Assembly: GCA_963741265.1 (NCBI GenBank)
Contig: CAVUHG010000010.1
Location: 3,132-67,131, forward strand
Direction of reading: 5' to 3'
DNA from: an uncultured Actinomycetota bacterium
GTDB taxonomy: Bacteria > Actinomycetota > Actinomycetes > Actinomycetales > Micrococcaceae
DNA: 64,000 nt
Part shown: piece after piece, positions 45,721 through 55,709 of the stretch
How the letters are laid out: each line of letters opens with the position of its first letter
Position numbering within the stretch: position 1 is the stretch's first letter
Position numbers and translations under genes: made by a program
Notes under the pieces: generated by a model
The model's database searches: none
Told to the model about the DNA's origin: nothing
The model's input: the letters and a program-made list of their open reading frames with translations, nothing else

Positions 45721-45787
45721 CCGGTTGCGCTATCACTTGGAGCGGTCAAAAGACCGGAATGGCAACCCAAAGTGATAGCGCAACGGG
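45721..45787. repeat. 67-bp palindromic element B (inverted homolog of A)
   Basis: 15-bp perfect IR gttgcgctatcactt / aagtgatagcgcaac; aligns without gaps to the reverse complement of A. Confidence 0.85.
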
Positions 45788-45790
45788 GGT

Positions 45791-47476
45791 CTAGAAGAGG
45801 CCGACCGGGTTGCCGGCGGCGTCGACGTCCATCCGCATGGCCGCCGGGACCTTCGGCAGGCCCGGCATCGTCATCACCGCGCCGGTCAGCGCCACAATGA
45901 AGCCGGCCCCGGTCTTGGGAATGAGGTCGCGCACATGGACGGTGAAACCCTTCGGGGCCCCCAGCCGGCTGGCGTCGTCGCTGAAGGAATACTGGGTCTT
46001 CGCCATGCAGACGGGGAACCCCGACCAGCCGTTCTTCTCGATCTCCGCGAGCCGCTTGAGCGCAGGCACCGAGAAGTCCACGCCGTCGGCCCCGTACACC
46101 TCCTGCACGATGGTCCGGATCTTGTCCTCCACCGACATTTCCAGCGGGTAGAGGTGCCGGAACGTGTGCGGCGCGTCGATGGCCGCGGCAACTTTCGCCG
46201 CGAGCTCGTCACCGCCGTCACCGCCGCCGCCGCGGCCCCAGACATCCGCCACGGCCGCCTGGACGCCTTCCGCGGCGCACCACTCCAGCAGCCAGTCGAG
46301 CTCCTCCTGGGTGTCGGTGGTGAACTTGTTGATCGCCACCACGGGCGTGATGCCGAACTTCTCGACGTTGCGGACGTGCCGCTGCAGGTTCGCGACGCCG
46401 GCGGCCAGCGCCTCGACATTGGGTTCCTTGAGCTGGTCCTTCGCGATCCCGCCGTGCATCTTGAGCGCCCGGATGGTGGCGACGACGACGACGGCGGACG
46501 GGGCGACGTCGGCCACCCTCGCCTTGATGTCCATGTACTTTTCGGCGCCCAGGTCCGCGCCGAAGCCGGCCTCGGTGACGACGATGTCGGCGAGGCTGCG
46601 GGCGGTCTGCGTGGCGATCAGGGAGTTGCAGCCGTGGGCGATGTTGGCGAACGGGCCGCCGTGGACCAGGGCGGGCGTGCCGGCGATGGTCTGCACGAGG
46701 TTGGGTTTGACGGCGTCCTTAAGCAGCATGGTCAGGGCGCCCTGGACCCCGAGGTCGGCCACGGTGACGGGCTGGCGGTCGTAGGTGTAGCCGAACGTGA
46801 TCCGGCCGAGCCGTTCGCGGAGGTCGGCGAGGCCCGTCGCGAGGCAGAAGACCGCCATGATCTCGGACGCCACGGTGATGTCGAAGCCGTCCTGCCGCGG
46901 GGTGCCCTGCGCCGGCCCGCCGAGGCCGATCACGACTTCGCGGAGGGAACGGTCGTTCATGTCCAGCACACGCTTGAACGTCATCCTGCGCGGGTCGATG
47001 TTGAGCTCGTTGCCCTGGAAGATGTGGTTGTCCACGAGGGCCATCAGGGCGTTGTTGGCCGAGGTGATGGCGTGGAAATCGCCGGTGAAGTGCAGGTTGA
47101 TCTCGTCCATCGGCAGCACCTGGGAGTAGCCGCCGCCGGTGGCGCCGCCCTTCATGCCCAGGATGGGTCCGAGGGAGGGCTCGCGCAGCGCGATCATCAC
47201 CTTGTGGCCCGCGCGGGCCAGGGAGTCCGCCAGTCCCACGGTGGTTGTCGACTTGCCCTCGCCGGCCGGGGTGGGCGACATTGCGGAGACCAGCACCACC
47301 TTGCCGGGCGCGCGGGCGGGGGCGTGCAGCTTCGCGGGATCGATCTTCGCTTTGTAGCGCCCGTAGAATTCCAGGGCGTCGGCGTTGATTCCGGCCGCGG
47401 CGGCGATCTCCTCGATCGGCTGCATCGTGGCCCGCTGGGCGATCTCCAGATCACTCAGAATCGTAGTTTCAGACAT
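45791..47476 (-). CDS. fhs: Formate--tetrahydrofolate ligase
   Basis: [39 protein letters not shown]. Confidence 0.96.
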   Translation of the reverse strand: MSETTILSDLEIAQRATMQPIEEIAAAAGINADALEFYGRYKAKIDPAKLHAPARAPGKVVLVSAMSPTPAGEGKSTTTVGLADSLARAGHKVMIALREPSLGPILGMKGGATGGGYSQVLPMDEINLHFTGDFHAITSANNALMALVDNHIFQGNELNIDPRRMTFKRVLDMNDRSLREVVIGLGGPAQGTPRQDGFDITVASEIMAVFCLATGLADLRERLGRITFGYTYDRQPVTVADLGVQGALTMLLKDAVKPNLVQTIAGTPALVHGGPFANIAHGCNSLIATQTARSLADIVVTEAGFGADLGAEKYMDIKARVADVAPSAVVVVATIRALKMHGGIAKDQLKEPNVEALAAGVANLQRHVRNVEKFGITPVVAINKFTTDTQEELDWLLEWCAAEGVQAAVADVWGRGGGGDGGDELAAKVAAAIDAPHTFRHLYPLEMSVEDKIRTIVQEVYGADGVDFSVPALKRLAEIEKNGWSGFPVCMAKTQYSFSDDASRLGAPKGFTVHVRDLIPKTGAGFIVALTGAVMTMPGLPKVPAAMRMDVDAAGNPVGLF

Positions 47477-47535
47477 CATTGTCCTTCGGCTCGTGGCGGC
47501 GGTGGGTGTGCCGGCCAGTGGTGTCAGGCCCGGGG

Positions 47536-48822
47536 TTACCGGCCTGTTGCCCCGGCTGCGGGCGCGTGGCCCACCGGGATGGTCAGGTTTCCAAAGTACT
47601 GGCTCAGCGCCGTGTGGTAGCTCTCCAGCGTGATTGCGGCGGTGCGCTGCCAGCCGAAGCCCTGGGCGTGCAGGGCAGCGGCCCGCCCCATGTCCTGGCG
47701 GGTGGCGGCGTCGTCGTAAAGAGATTCGAGGGCGTCGGCCCAGTCGCCGGGCTTATGGCCCTCGACCAGCAGGCCGGTCCGCCCGTCGAAGATCGCCCGG
47801 GAAAGCCCGCCGACCTTTGTGGCGACCACCGGCGTCCCGCAGGCCTGCGCTTCGAGGGCCACGAGGCCGAACGATTCGCTGTAGGAGGGCATCACCACGA
47901 CGTCGGCCGAGCGGTACCAGCCGGCGAGCTCCGGTGCGTTGACCGGCGGATGGTGGCTGACGACGTCGTCCATTCCGGCGGACTTGATCAGGGCTTTCAG
48001 GTCAAAGTCCTTGGCTCCGCTGACGGCGCCCACGATGGAGAGCTGCAGGTCGATGTCCGGGCGGCGGCTTCGGAGCAGGGCGGCTGCCTTGATCAGGATC
48101 TGCGGACCCTTGAGCCGCTGGATGCGTCCTGCGAAGAGCAGGTGGAAGCGGTCCTGCGGGATGCCGTGTTCCGCCCGGGACCGGCTCCGGAACGACGGCG
48201 TGAACACTGACAGGTCCACGCCGGGCGGGGCGACGTCGATCCGGTCGTTGTCCGCGTTGTAGTGGGAGACGAGTTCCGCGGCCTCGGTGCCGGTGTTGGC
48301 GATCAGCCGGGTGGCGCCGTCGACGATCCGGTGCTCGCCGTCCTCGCGCCGGCGCGGTTCGGGCTGCTCGCCGGATTCCAGCAGCAGGTTCTTCACCTTG
48401 GCCATGGTGTGCATGGTGTGGACCAGCGGCAGGCCCCACAAGGTGGCGAGTTCCAGGCCGGCCACACCGGACACCCAGTAGTGCGAATGGATTACGTCGT
48501 AGCGGCCGTGCGGCTGCAGCTGGCGGATCCGGTCGATCTCGGCCACCATGCTGTGCAGCAGTTCGGGCAGCTCCTCCTTGGGCAGCTTCCGCCGCGGCCC
48601 GGCCATGACGTTGTGGACACACACGCCCGGGGAGGGATGCTCGACGGCGGCCTGCCCGGCGGCCGTGGACCGGGTGAAGATCTCCACCTCGACGCCGTTC
48701 TCCGCGAGGGCCGCGGCCAGCGCCCGGATATAGACGTTCATGCCCCCGGCGTCGCCGGAACCTGGCTGCTCCATGGGCGAGGTGTGAAGGGACAGGAAGG
48801 CGACACGGCGGATCAGCGACAT
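47536..48822 (-). CDS. mshA: D-inositol-3-phosphate glycosyltransferase
   Basis: [44 protein letters not shown]. Confidence 0.92.
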   Translation of the reverse strand: MSLIRRVAFLSLHTSPMEQPGSGDAGGMNVYIRALAAALAENGVEVEIFTRSTAAGQAAVEHPSPGVCVHNVMAGPRRKLPKEELPELLHSMVAEIDRIRQLQPHGRYDVIHSHYWVSGVAGLELATLWGLPLVHTMHTMAKVKNLLLESGEQPEPRRREDGEHRIVDGATRLIANTGTEAAELVSHYNADNDRIDVAPPGVDLSVFTPSFRSRSRAEHGIPQDRFHLLFAGRIQRLKGPQILIKAAALLRSRRPDIDLQLSIVGAVSGAKDFDLKALIKSAGMDDVVSHHPPVNAPELAGWYRSADVVVMPSYSESFGLVALEAQACGTPVVATKVGGLSRAIFDGRTGLLVEGHKPGDWADALESLYDDAATRQDMGRAAALHAQGFGWQRTAAITLESYHTALSQYFGNLTIPVGHAPAAGATGR

Positions 48823-48945
48823 CCCTCTCCTCTCCTCCCTGGATCGGCCTTGAACGAAAAGGCCCCTGAACGTGGATTCGATAAAACACTACTCCTGAAC
48901 TGCGGGCACGTTCACAGGACCAGCGCGGCTGCTAACGTGGCGGCT

Positions 48946-49482
48946 GTGAACGCAAGCACAGAACCCGGACCCCAGGCCCGCGACTGGGACATCCGCCCGG
49001 CAACCGAATCGGACTGGCCGGCCATCTGGGGAATCCTGGAACCCGTCGTCAGGGCGGGGGAGACCTTCACCTGGGACCGGGACACCACCGTGGACCAGGC
49101 CCGCGAACGGTGGTTCAAGCAGGCCCCGGGCCAGGCGTTCGTCGCGGTCGGCCGCGGGGACCTCGACGGCGTGGTCCTCGGCACCGGGGAACTGCACGCC
49201 AACCAGGGCGGCGGCGGAAGCCACGTCGCCAATGCCGGGTACATGGTCCACCCGGATCACGGCGGCAAGGGCGTGGCCCGCGGCCTGTGCGCCTACTCGC
49301 TCGAGGCGGCCCGCGCCGCCGGGTTCCGGGCGATGCAGTTCAACGCCGTGGTGGAGAGCAATGTCCGCGCCGTGGCTGCCTGGCAGTCCATGGGCTTCGA
49401 AGTGCTCGCCACCATCCCGGAAGCCTTCAACCACCCCCGGCTCGGCTACGTGGGCCTGCACCTGATGTACCGCAGGCTGTAG
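48946..49482 (+). CDS. GNAT N-acetyltransferase
   Basis: GSHVANAGYMV..GKGVAR, MQFNAVVESN. Confidence 0.85.
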   Translation: MNASTEPGPQARDWDIRPATESDWPAIWGILEPVVRAGETFTWDRDTTVDQARERWFKQAPGQAFVAVGRGDLDGVVLGTGELHANQGGGGSHVANAGYMVHPDHGGKGVARGLCAYSLEAARAAGFRAMQFNAVVESNVRAVAAWQSMGFEVLATIPEAFNHPRLGYVGLHLMYRRL

Positions 49483-49490
49483 CCGGCGCG

Positions 49491-51029
49491 CTAGCTTCCG
49501 CCGCGCCAGAGCCGGTCCAGCTCCGGGAACGCCGCTTCGTAGCCGGCCAGCAGCTTCCCCGCGAGGACCTCGGAGTCGATGAGGGGGTGCCGGGCAAACG
49601 CCGCGAGAGCCGCCTCACGGCGCCCGGATTCTGTTCCCGGGGCCGGGCTGGGCGCCGGGCCCGGGCTTTGGCCCCTGCCCGGCGTCTGGCCGGCGGCCTG
49701 TGTTACGGGGCCCGCGGCCTGCACGACGAGCCGTTCAACCTCCTTGACCCGTTGCATGAGGGCCAGCTGCGCCGGGGCCGGACGCTGCTGCGGGAGCGGC
49801 ATCACGCCGTCGGGCGTCACCCGGCACGGGACCTCGACGACGGCGTCCCGGGGCAGGCCCGGAATCGCGGCCTCCGCAGGGCCATCGGCGCCTGCGGTGC
49901 CCGTGCCCGGCACGGCCGTCCCCGGCAGGGCGTTGGGCGTGTTGAGGATCAGTTCCGCCGCGCCGGCGCCCGACAGGGCACGCATGACCGACAGGGCGAC
50001 CCGTTCGTAGCCGCCGCCGGCAAGGTCGGTCTCCTCCCGGCGCTCGCCGGCCGGGCGCGCCTCGGCAAGGTAGCCTTCCTCGCGGGACCTGCGGGCGGCC
50101 TCCCAGAGCGGATACGCCCCGGCCCCCGCGGCAGCAAGCCGCGGATAGAGCTCCGCCTGCTGCCGGTCGATGGACTCACCACGGGTCTCGTGGCCGGACC
50201 GGATGCCGGCCAGGGCGCGCCCGGCCTCGTAGTAGTAATGCAGGTACTCGTTCGGCAGGCAGCCCAGCTGCGCCAGGAACGGCTGCCGGAACAGCCGGCC
50301 CTCTTCGAAGCTGTTCAGCGCGCCGGCGTCCGCCAGCAGCCCGGGCAGGAAATCCCGGCCGCCGGACTCGAGCCGGTAGAGCCAGCCGAGATGGTTCAGC
50401 CCGTAGTAGCCGACGCCGTCGAGCCGGCCCTCGGGCAGCACGACGCCCGCGGCCCGGGCCGCCCGGTACACCAGCCCGCTGGCCGAGTCGCAGATGCCGA
50501 CCACCTTGCGGCCCAGCACCGGGACCAGGGCCTCGGTGACCATTCCGGCCGGGTTCGTGAAATTCAGCAGCCACGCCTCCGGGCAGCGGTCCCGCATCTC
50601 CCGGGCGAGTTCGAGCATTTTGGGGATGGACCGCAGGGCATAGGAGATGCCGCCGGCGCCAGTCGTCTCCTGGCCGAGCAGCCCCAGGTCGAGGGCGATC
50701 CGCTCGTCGGCGGTCCGGCCCGCGGTGCCGCCGGGGCGGATGGCGGCAAATACCATGTCGGTTCCGTCCAGGGCCTCCGGCAGGGACGTGGTGGCCCGGA
50801 CCGTGGGCATGGCCCGTTGAGCGCCCCCTGGTTCACGCTCCGGTGAGTCGCCGGCCGGGCCTTCCCGCGCCGCCAGCGATGCCAGCACGGCGCTGATGGC
50901 GGCGAGCCGGCCGGGGTCGACGTCGTACAGCACCAGTTCCCGGACCAGCCCCGCGAAAGGCCCGGTACGAAGCGCCCGGTAGACGAGGGGTACCCGGAAT
51001 CCGCCGCCGCCGGCAATCATGAGCCGCAT
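49491..51029 (-). CDS. GH4 6-phospho-beta-glucosidase-like
   Basis: GGGGFR, GQETTGAGG, NFTNP, GICD, GLNH. Confidence 0.88.
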   Translation of the reverse strand: MRLMIAGGGGFRVPLVYRALRTGPFAGLVRELVLYDVDPGRLAAISAVLASLAAREGPAGDSPEREPGGAQRAMPTVRATTSLPEALDGTDMVFAAIRPGGTAGRTADERIALDLGLLGQETTGAGGISYALRSIPKMLELAREMRDRCPEAWLLNFTNPAGMVTEALVPVLGRKVVGICDSASGLVYRAARAAGVVLPEGRLDGVGYYGLNHLGWLYRLESGGRDFLPGLLADAGALNSFEEGRLFRQPFLAQLGCLPNEYLHYYYEAGRALAGIRSGHETRGESIDRQQAELYPRLAAAGAGAYPLWEAARRSREEGYLAEARPAGERREETDLAGGGYERVALSVMRALSGAGAAELILNTPNALPGTAVPGTGTAGADGPAEAAIPGLPRDAVVEVPCRVTPDGVMPLPQQRPAPAQLALMQRVKEVERLVVQAAGPVTQAAGQTPGRGQSPGPAPSPAPGTESGRREAALAAFARHPLIDSEVLAGKLLAGYEAAFPELDRLWRGGS

Positions 51030-51123
51030 GCGGACAGTCTATTCACACCCGCCCGGCCACACCCCTGCCGCGGGGCGGGCGGCCGTCTTTCCTGCCGCAC
51101 CGGGACGGCGTAATGTGCCATAC

Positions 51124-52215
51124 ATGGACGCGACTCCGACGCGGCGTTTCGACCCGCTTGCCTCCGTCCGAACTCCGACGGCGGAAGGTTTCGACCTGCT
51201 CCTCACGGGGACCGTGTTCCAGGACATCATTTTCACCGGGCTGCCCCACGCGCCGGTGGCCGGGACCGAAATCTGGAGCGACGGGATGGGCAGCTGCCCC
51301 GGCGGGGTGGCCAACCAGGCCATCGCCGCGGCACGGCTGGGACTGCGGACCGGGCTTGCGGCCGCGTTCGGCGATGACGGCTACGGCGACTACAACTGGA
51401 AGATCCTCGCGGCGCAGGAGCACGTGGATCTTTCCCTCTCCCGGCGGATCCCCGGCTGGCATTCACCCGTGACGGTGTCGCTGAGCGTGGAACAGGACCG
51501 CTCGATGGTCACGCACGGCCACCCCGCGCCGCTGACCTCCAGCCAGCTGATCGGCTGCCCGCCGCCCGCGCTCGCCGCCGTCGCGGAACTGGACGAGGAG
51601 CTGGCGCCGTGGGCCCTCGATGCCCACAAGGCGGGCGTCCGCCTGTTCGGCGACGTCGGCTGGGACCCCACGGGGGCGTGGTCGCCGACCCGGCTGGAGA
51701 ACCTGCAGTATTTCCACGCTTTTATGCCCAACCAGGCCGAGGCGATGGCGTTCACCGGGCGGGACAACCCGTGGTCGGCCCTGTATTCGCTGGCGGACCG
51801 GGTCCCCGTGGCCGTTGTGACACTGGGTGCGCAGGGCGCCATGGCGGTCGACTCCGTAACCGGCGAAGAGGAATGGGTGCCGTCCCTGCCGGTCTCCGCC
51901 TACGATCCGACCGGCGCCGGGGACTGCTTCGGCGCCGCCTTCATTGTCGGCTGCCTCGCGGGCTGGCCCCTCGGCGACAGGCTGCGGTTCGCCAACCTGT
52001 GCGCCGCGCTGGCCGTGCAGGAAGTCGGCGGGTCGCTCGCCGCGCCCGGCTGGGGCGACATTGCCGACTGGTGGCAGCGGGCCAATGCGCGGAAGGAACG
52101 GCAGAGCAGCCAATGGCTCCGCCGGTACTGTTTCCTCGACGAGATCGTCCGCGACGTGCCGGCCGAGGCCCAGCGGCGGGCGACGGCGACCATCGCGCAC
52201 CTTTCCGACGCGTAG
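51124..52215 (+). CDS. PfkB-family carbohydrate kinase
   Basis: GGVANQA.AAARLG, DPTGAGDCF. Confidence 0.88.
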   Translation: MDATPTRRFDPLASVRTPTAEGFDLLLTGTVFQDIIFTGLPHAPVAGTEIWSDGMGSCPGGVANQAIAAARLGLRTGLAAAFGDDGYGDYNWKILAAQEHVDLSLSRRIPGWHSPVTVSLSVEQDRSMVTHGHPAPLTSSQLIGCPPPALAAVAELDEELAPWALDAHKAGVRLFGDVGWDPTGAWSPTRLENLQYFHAFMPNQAEAMAFTGRDNPWSALYSLADRVPVAVVTLGAQGAMAVDSVTGEEEWVPSLPVSAYDPTGAGDCFGAAFIVGCLAGWPLGDRLRFANLCAALAVQEVGGSLAAPGWGDIADWWQRANARKERQSSQWLRRYCFLDEIVRDVPAEAQRRATATIAHLSDA

Positions 52216-52261
52216 GTGGCGGGCGCGGGGCCCGCAGGCTGCGCATGACGTGCTGCGCTCC

Positions 52262-52531
52262 ACTGGACATGCTCCCCGCTCGGGCCTTGGCATGGACATG
52301 ATGGTGTTGTGCCCGGTCCTTGGCGTGAGGAATGGGCATGTCCTCCGTGCCGGGTGGGCATGTCCGTTGCTGGCGCGTGACGGTGTGCGTGGCGGGCCGG
52401 GATCCTGGGCCTGAAGACTGGACATGTTCCCCGCTGGGGCCTTGGTGTGGACATGATGGTGTTGTGCCCGGTCCTTGGCGTGAAGAATGGGCATGTCCTC
52501 CGTGAGGGGAGGGCATGTCCACTCCTGGCGC
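52262..52531. repeat. Two imperfect direct copies (period 155 bp) of a ~105-115 bp element with nested GGACATG/CATGTCC motifs
   Basis: Copy 1 at 52262-52376, copy 2 at 52417-52531; shared core tggacatgatggtgttgtgcccggtccttggcgtga. Confidence 0.85.
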
Positions 52532-52591
52532 CCAAGTGGGGCACGCCGGCCGGAATTCAGCCCGATGCGCTGCCGCCCCTAGAATCGTTAA

Positions 52592-53830
52592 GTGACTTAC
52601 CCAGCAGCAACAGGCGACTTCCGGTCCGCTTCGGAGGCCGCGCCGGCCTTCCCCGAGGAACGCTCGGCAGTAATCGATCTCGAAGCCATCCGGCACAACG
52701 TCCGGCGCATCGCGGCTGTAGCCTCACCGGCGCAGGTCATGGCGGTGGTCAAGGCCGACGCGTACGGCCATGGCGCCATCCCCGTTGCCCGCGCGGCCCT
52801 CGGCGCCGGAGCCAGCTGGTTGGGCGTCGCCCACATCTCCGAGGCCCTGGCCCTGCGCGCGGCCGGGATCGAAGCCCCGCTGCTCGCCTGGCTGCACACC
52901 CGCGAGAGCAACTTCGCCGCCGCCGTGGCCGCCGGGATCGACATCGGGTGCTCCGGCTGGGAGCTGGAACAAATCGTGGCGGCCGCCCGCGAACAGGAAC
53001 GCCCGGCACGCGTGCACCTGAAGGTGGACACCGGACTGGGCCGCAACGGCGCAACCTTGGCGGACTGGGACGGCCTCGTCGGCGAGGCCATGGAGTACCA
53101 GGACCAGGGCCTGCTGCGCGTCGTCGGCATCTTCTCCCACCTCGCCGTCGCCGACGAACCCGAGCGGCCCGAAACCGACGATCAGCTCGCGGCGTTCCGC
53201 GAGGTCCTGGCGATCGCCCAGGACGCCGGCGTGGACCCCGAGGTCCGGCACCTGGCCAACACCCCGGCGACGCTGTCCCGTCCCGACACGCATTTCGACC
53301 TGGTCCGCGTGGGGCTGGGCCTCTACGGCCTGTCCCCGTTCGAGGGGCAGAGTTCCGCGGAACTGGGTCTGCGGCCCGCGATGACGGTCCGCACCGTCGT
53401 CTCGCACTGCAAAGACGTGCCCGCCGGCCAGGGTGTCTCCTACGGACTGAACTACCGGACCGGCGGCACCAGCACGCTCGGGCTGATCCCGCTGGGCTAC
53501 GCGGACGGCGTCCCGCGCGTCGCCACCGGCGGGCCGGTCCGGGTCGAGGGCGTGAACTACCCGGTGGTGGGCCGGATCGCCATGGACCAGATGGTGATCG
53601 ACCTCGGCCCCCGCAACGTCTCGACCGGCGGCCACAGCGTGCTCGGCTCCGAGGCCATGCTGTTCGGCAACGGCGACGACGGCGGGCCCACGGCAGAGGA
53701 CTGGGCGCGGGCCGCCGGCACCAACAACTACGAGATCGTCACCCGGATCAGCCCCCGGGTGCCGCGGCGCTACATCAACGAGGAGCCGTCCGGCGAGGCC
53801 TCGCCCGGCCACGGGGAGCAGGCACAGTGA
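52592..53830 (+). CDS. alr: Alanine racemase
   Basis: AVVKADAYGHG, HLKVDTGLGRNG, GYADG, GRIAMDQ. Confidence 0.96.
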   Translation: MTYPAATGDFRSASEAAPAFPEERSAVIDLEAIRHNVRRIAAVASPAQVMAVVKADAYGHGAIPVARAALGAGASWLGVAHISEALALRAAGIEAPLLAWLHTRESNFAAAVAAGIDIGCSGWELEQIVAAAREQERPARVHLKVDTGLGRNGATLADWDGLVGEAMEYQDQGLLRVVGIFSHLAVADEPERPETDDQLAAFREVLAIAQDAGVDPEVRHLANTPATLSRPDTHFDLVRVGLGLYGLSPFEGQSSAELGLRPAMTVRTVVSHCKDVPAGQGVSYGLNYRTGGTSTLGLIPLGYADGVPRVATGGPVRVEGVNYPVVGRIAMDQMVIDLGPRNVSTGGHSVLGSEAMLFGNGDDGGPTAEDWARAAGTNNYEIVTRISPRVPRRYINEEPSGEASPGHGEQAQ

Positions 53831-54472
53831 GCGCCCCGGCATGGGAGCGGACGCTGGAAGTCCGGACCGCGGATGAGACACATGCCCTCGCAGCAGGCCT
53901 CGGCACCCAGCTGCTGGCGGGGGACCTGCTGGTCCTCACGGGCGAACTCGGAGCGGGAAAAACCACTTTCACGCAGGGGCTGGGGGAAGGCCTGGGCGTC
54001 CGGGCCGGGATCATTTCGCCCACGTTCGTGCTGGTCCGCATCCACCCGAACCTGCCGCACGGGACCCGGCCGGGCGGCCCGGACCTCGTGCATGTCGACG
54101 CCTACCGGCTGGGGTCCGCCGCCGAAATCGACGACATCGACCTGGAAAACACCCTCGACACCGCGGTCACCGTGGTGGAGTGGGGCCGCGGCCGGGTGGA
54201 GCACCTGAGCGACAGCCGGCTGGAGATAGACCTGGTCCGCACCCTGGGCGGCGCCGCCCCGGCCACCGCCGCCCCGGCCGCCGCCGACGCCAGGGCAGCG
54301 ACACAGCGGCAGCGACACACCGGGCACCGACACACTCGACTTCGACACCGACGACGGCGACGAGCCCCGCACCGTGGTGATCCGCGGCTACGGTCCGCGC
54401 TGGGCCAACCCGCCGGCCCTGCCCGAGCCCGCCGCCGGGACCCTGCCTGAGTCAACGGAACGGAACTCCTGA
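53827..54472 (+). CDS. tsaE: tRNA t6A biosynthesis ATPase TsaE (apparent frameshift at ~54290-54307)
   Basis: GELGAGKTT, SPTF, HVDAYRL, VEWG; likely true C-terminus (DEPRTVVIRGYGPRW) is in another frame ending in a TGATG overlap with tsaB. Confidence 0.9.
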
Positions 54473-55143
54473 TGCTGATCCTTGCAATCGACACCTCGGC
54501 CGTGGCCAGTGCCGCGCTGGTCTCCGATGACGCCCCGGAGTCCGTGGTGAGCAGCTTCGCCACCGAGGACACCCGGAGCCACGCCGAAGTCCTGGCCCCG
54601 GGCATCGATGCCCTCCTCGCCGAGGCGGGACTCAGCGGGGACGACGTCGACGCGATAGTCACCGGGGTGGGTCCGGGCCCCTTCACCGGGCTGCGCTCCG
54701 GCATCGTCACTGCCCGCACCCTCGCCTTCGTCTGGGGCAAGCCGCTGTACGGGCTCATGAGCCTCGACGCGATCGCCCTCGAAGTGGCCGAGTCCGTCGA
54801 CGCCGCCCCGGAGTTCATCGTGGCCACCGACGCCCGGCGCAAAGAGGTCTACTGGGCCCGCTATGCACAGGCCAGCGGGCAGCTCCCCGAGCTCATCGAC
54901 GGCCCACACGTCGGTTTCGCCGCTGACCTGCCGGACCTCCCCGTCTACGGTGCCGGGGCCGGGATCTACGCCGACGTCGTCAAGGCCGTCCCCGAGTTCA
55001 GCTCGCGGCAACCCGAGGCGCTCTCCCTGGGCCAGTTTGCGCTGGCCCGGCTCGCCGCGGGGGAGCAGCTGCTGGACTCCACCCCGCTCTACCTGCGCGA
55101 ATCCGACGCCCAGGTCCCCGGCCCCCGGAAGCGGGCGCTGTGA
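54472..55143 (+). CDS. tsaB: TsaB
   Basis: LAIDTS, GPGPFTGLR, DARRKEVY, PLYLR. Confidence 0.93.
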   Translation: MLILAIDTSAVASAALVSDDAPESVVSSFATEDTRSHAEVLAPGIDALLAEAGLSGDDVDAIVTGVGPGPFTGLRSGIVTARTLAFVWGKPLYGLMSLDAIALEVAESVDAAPEFIVATDARRKEVYWARYAQASGQLPELIDGPHVGFAADLPDLPVYGAGAGIYADVVKAVPEFSSRQPEALSLGQFALARLAAGEQLLDSTPLYLRESDAQVPGPRKRAL

Positions 55144-55709
55144 GCGGCCCGGACGCCGCGCAGGCTGCCCTGCCGGGCGGGGTGGCGCTGCGGGACATGA
55201 CCGCGGCGGACATCCCGGTGGTCCACGAACTCGAACGCCAGCTGTTCCCGGTGGACGCCTGGCCGCTCCAGATGTTCCTCGATGAACTGGCCCAGGCGGA
55301 GACGCGCCGCTACCTGGTGGCCGAAAGCGCCGGGCACATTGTGGGCTACGCCGGGCTGATGTGCATTGAACCGATCGCGGACGTCCAGACCATCGCCGTC
55401 GTACCGGAGCAGGAAGGCAAGGGCATCGGCTCGGCCCTGCTGACCGAACTCATCCGGGAAAGCCGGCTCCGCCACGCCGACGACGTGCTCCTGGAAGTCC
55501 GGGCGGACAACCCCCGGGCGCAGCAGCTGTACCTCCGGTTCGGCTTCGAGCAGATCCACGTCCGCCCCCGGTACTACCGCGACGGCGTCGACGCCCTGAT
55601 CATGCGACTGCGGCTCGACGGCGCAGCCCCCGAACCCGGCGCAGCCCCCGTACCCGGCGCAGCCAACACGCCCGACACGCCCCAGCCACGGGAAGCAGAC
55701 CGCCCATGA
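55140..55709 (+). CDS. rimI: Ribosomal-protein-alanine N-acetyltransferase
   Basis: GKGIG, LEVRADN..AQ.LY..FGF, YY..GVDA. Confidence 0.9.
   Translation: MSGPDAAQAALPGGVALRDMTAADIPVVHELERQLFPVDAWPLQMFLDELAQAETRRYLVAESAGHIVGYAGLMCIEPIADVQTIAVVPEQEGKGIGSALLTELIRESRLRHADDVLLEVRADNPRAQQLYLRFGFEQIHVRPRYYRDGVDALIMRLRLDGAAPEPGAAPVPGAANTPDTPQPREADRP

Noticed and set aside
52262-52531. CRISPR array
   Set aside because: Only two long (>100 bp) imperfect copies, no repeat-spacer periodicity of CRISPR size, and no cas genes.
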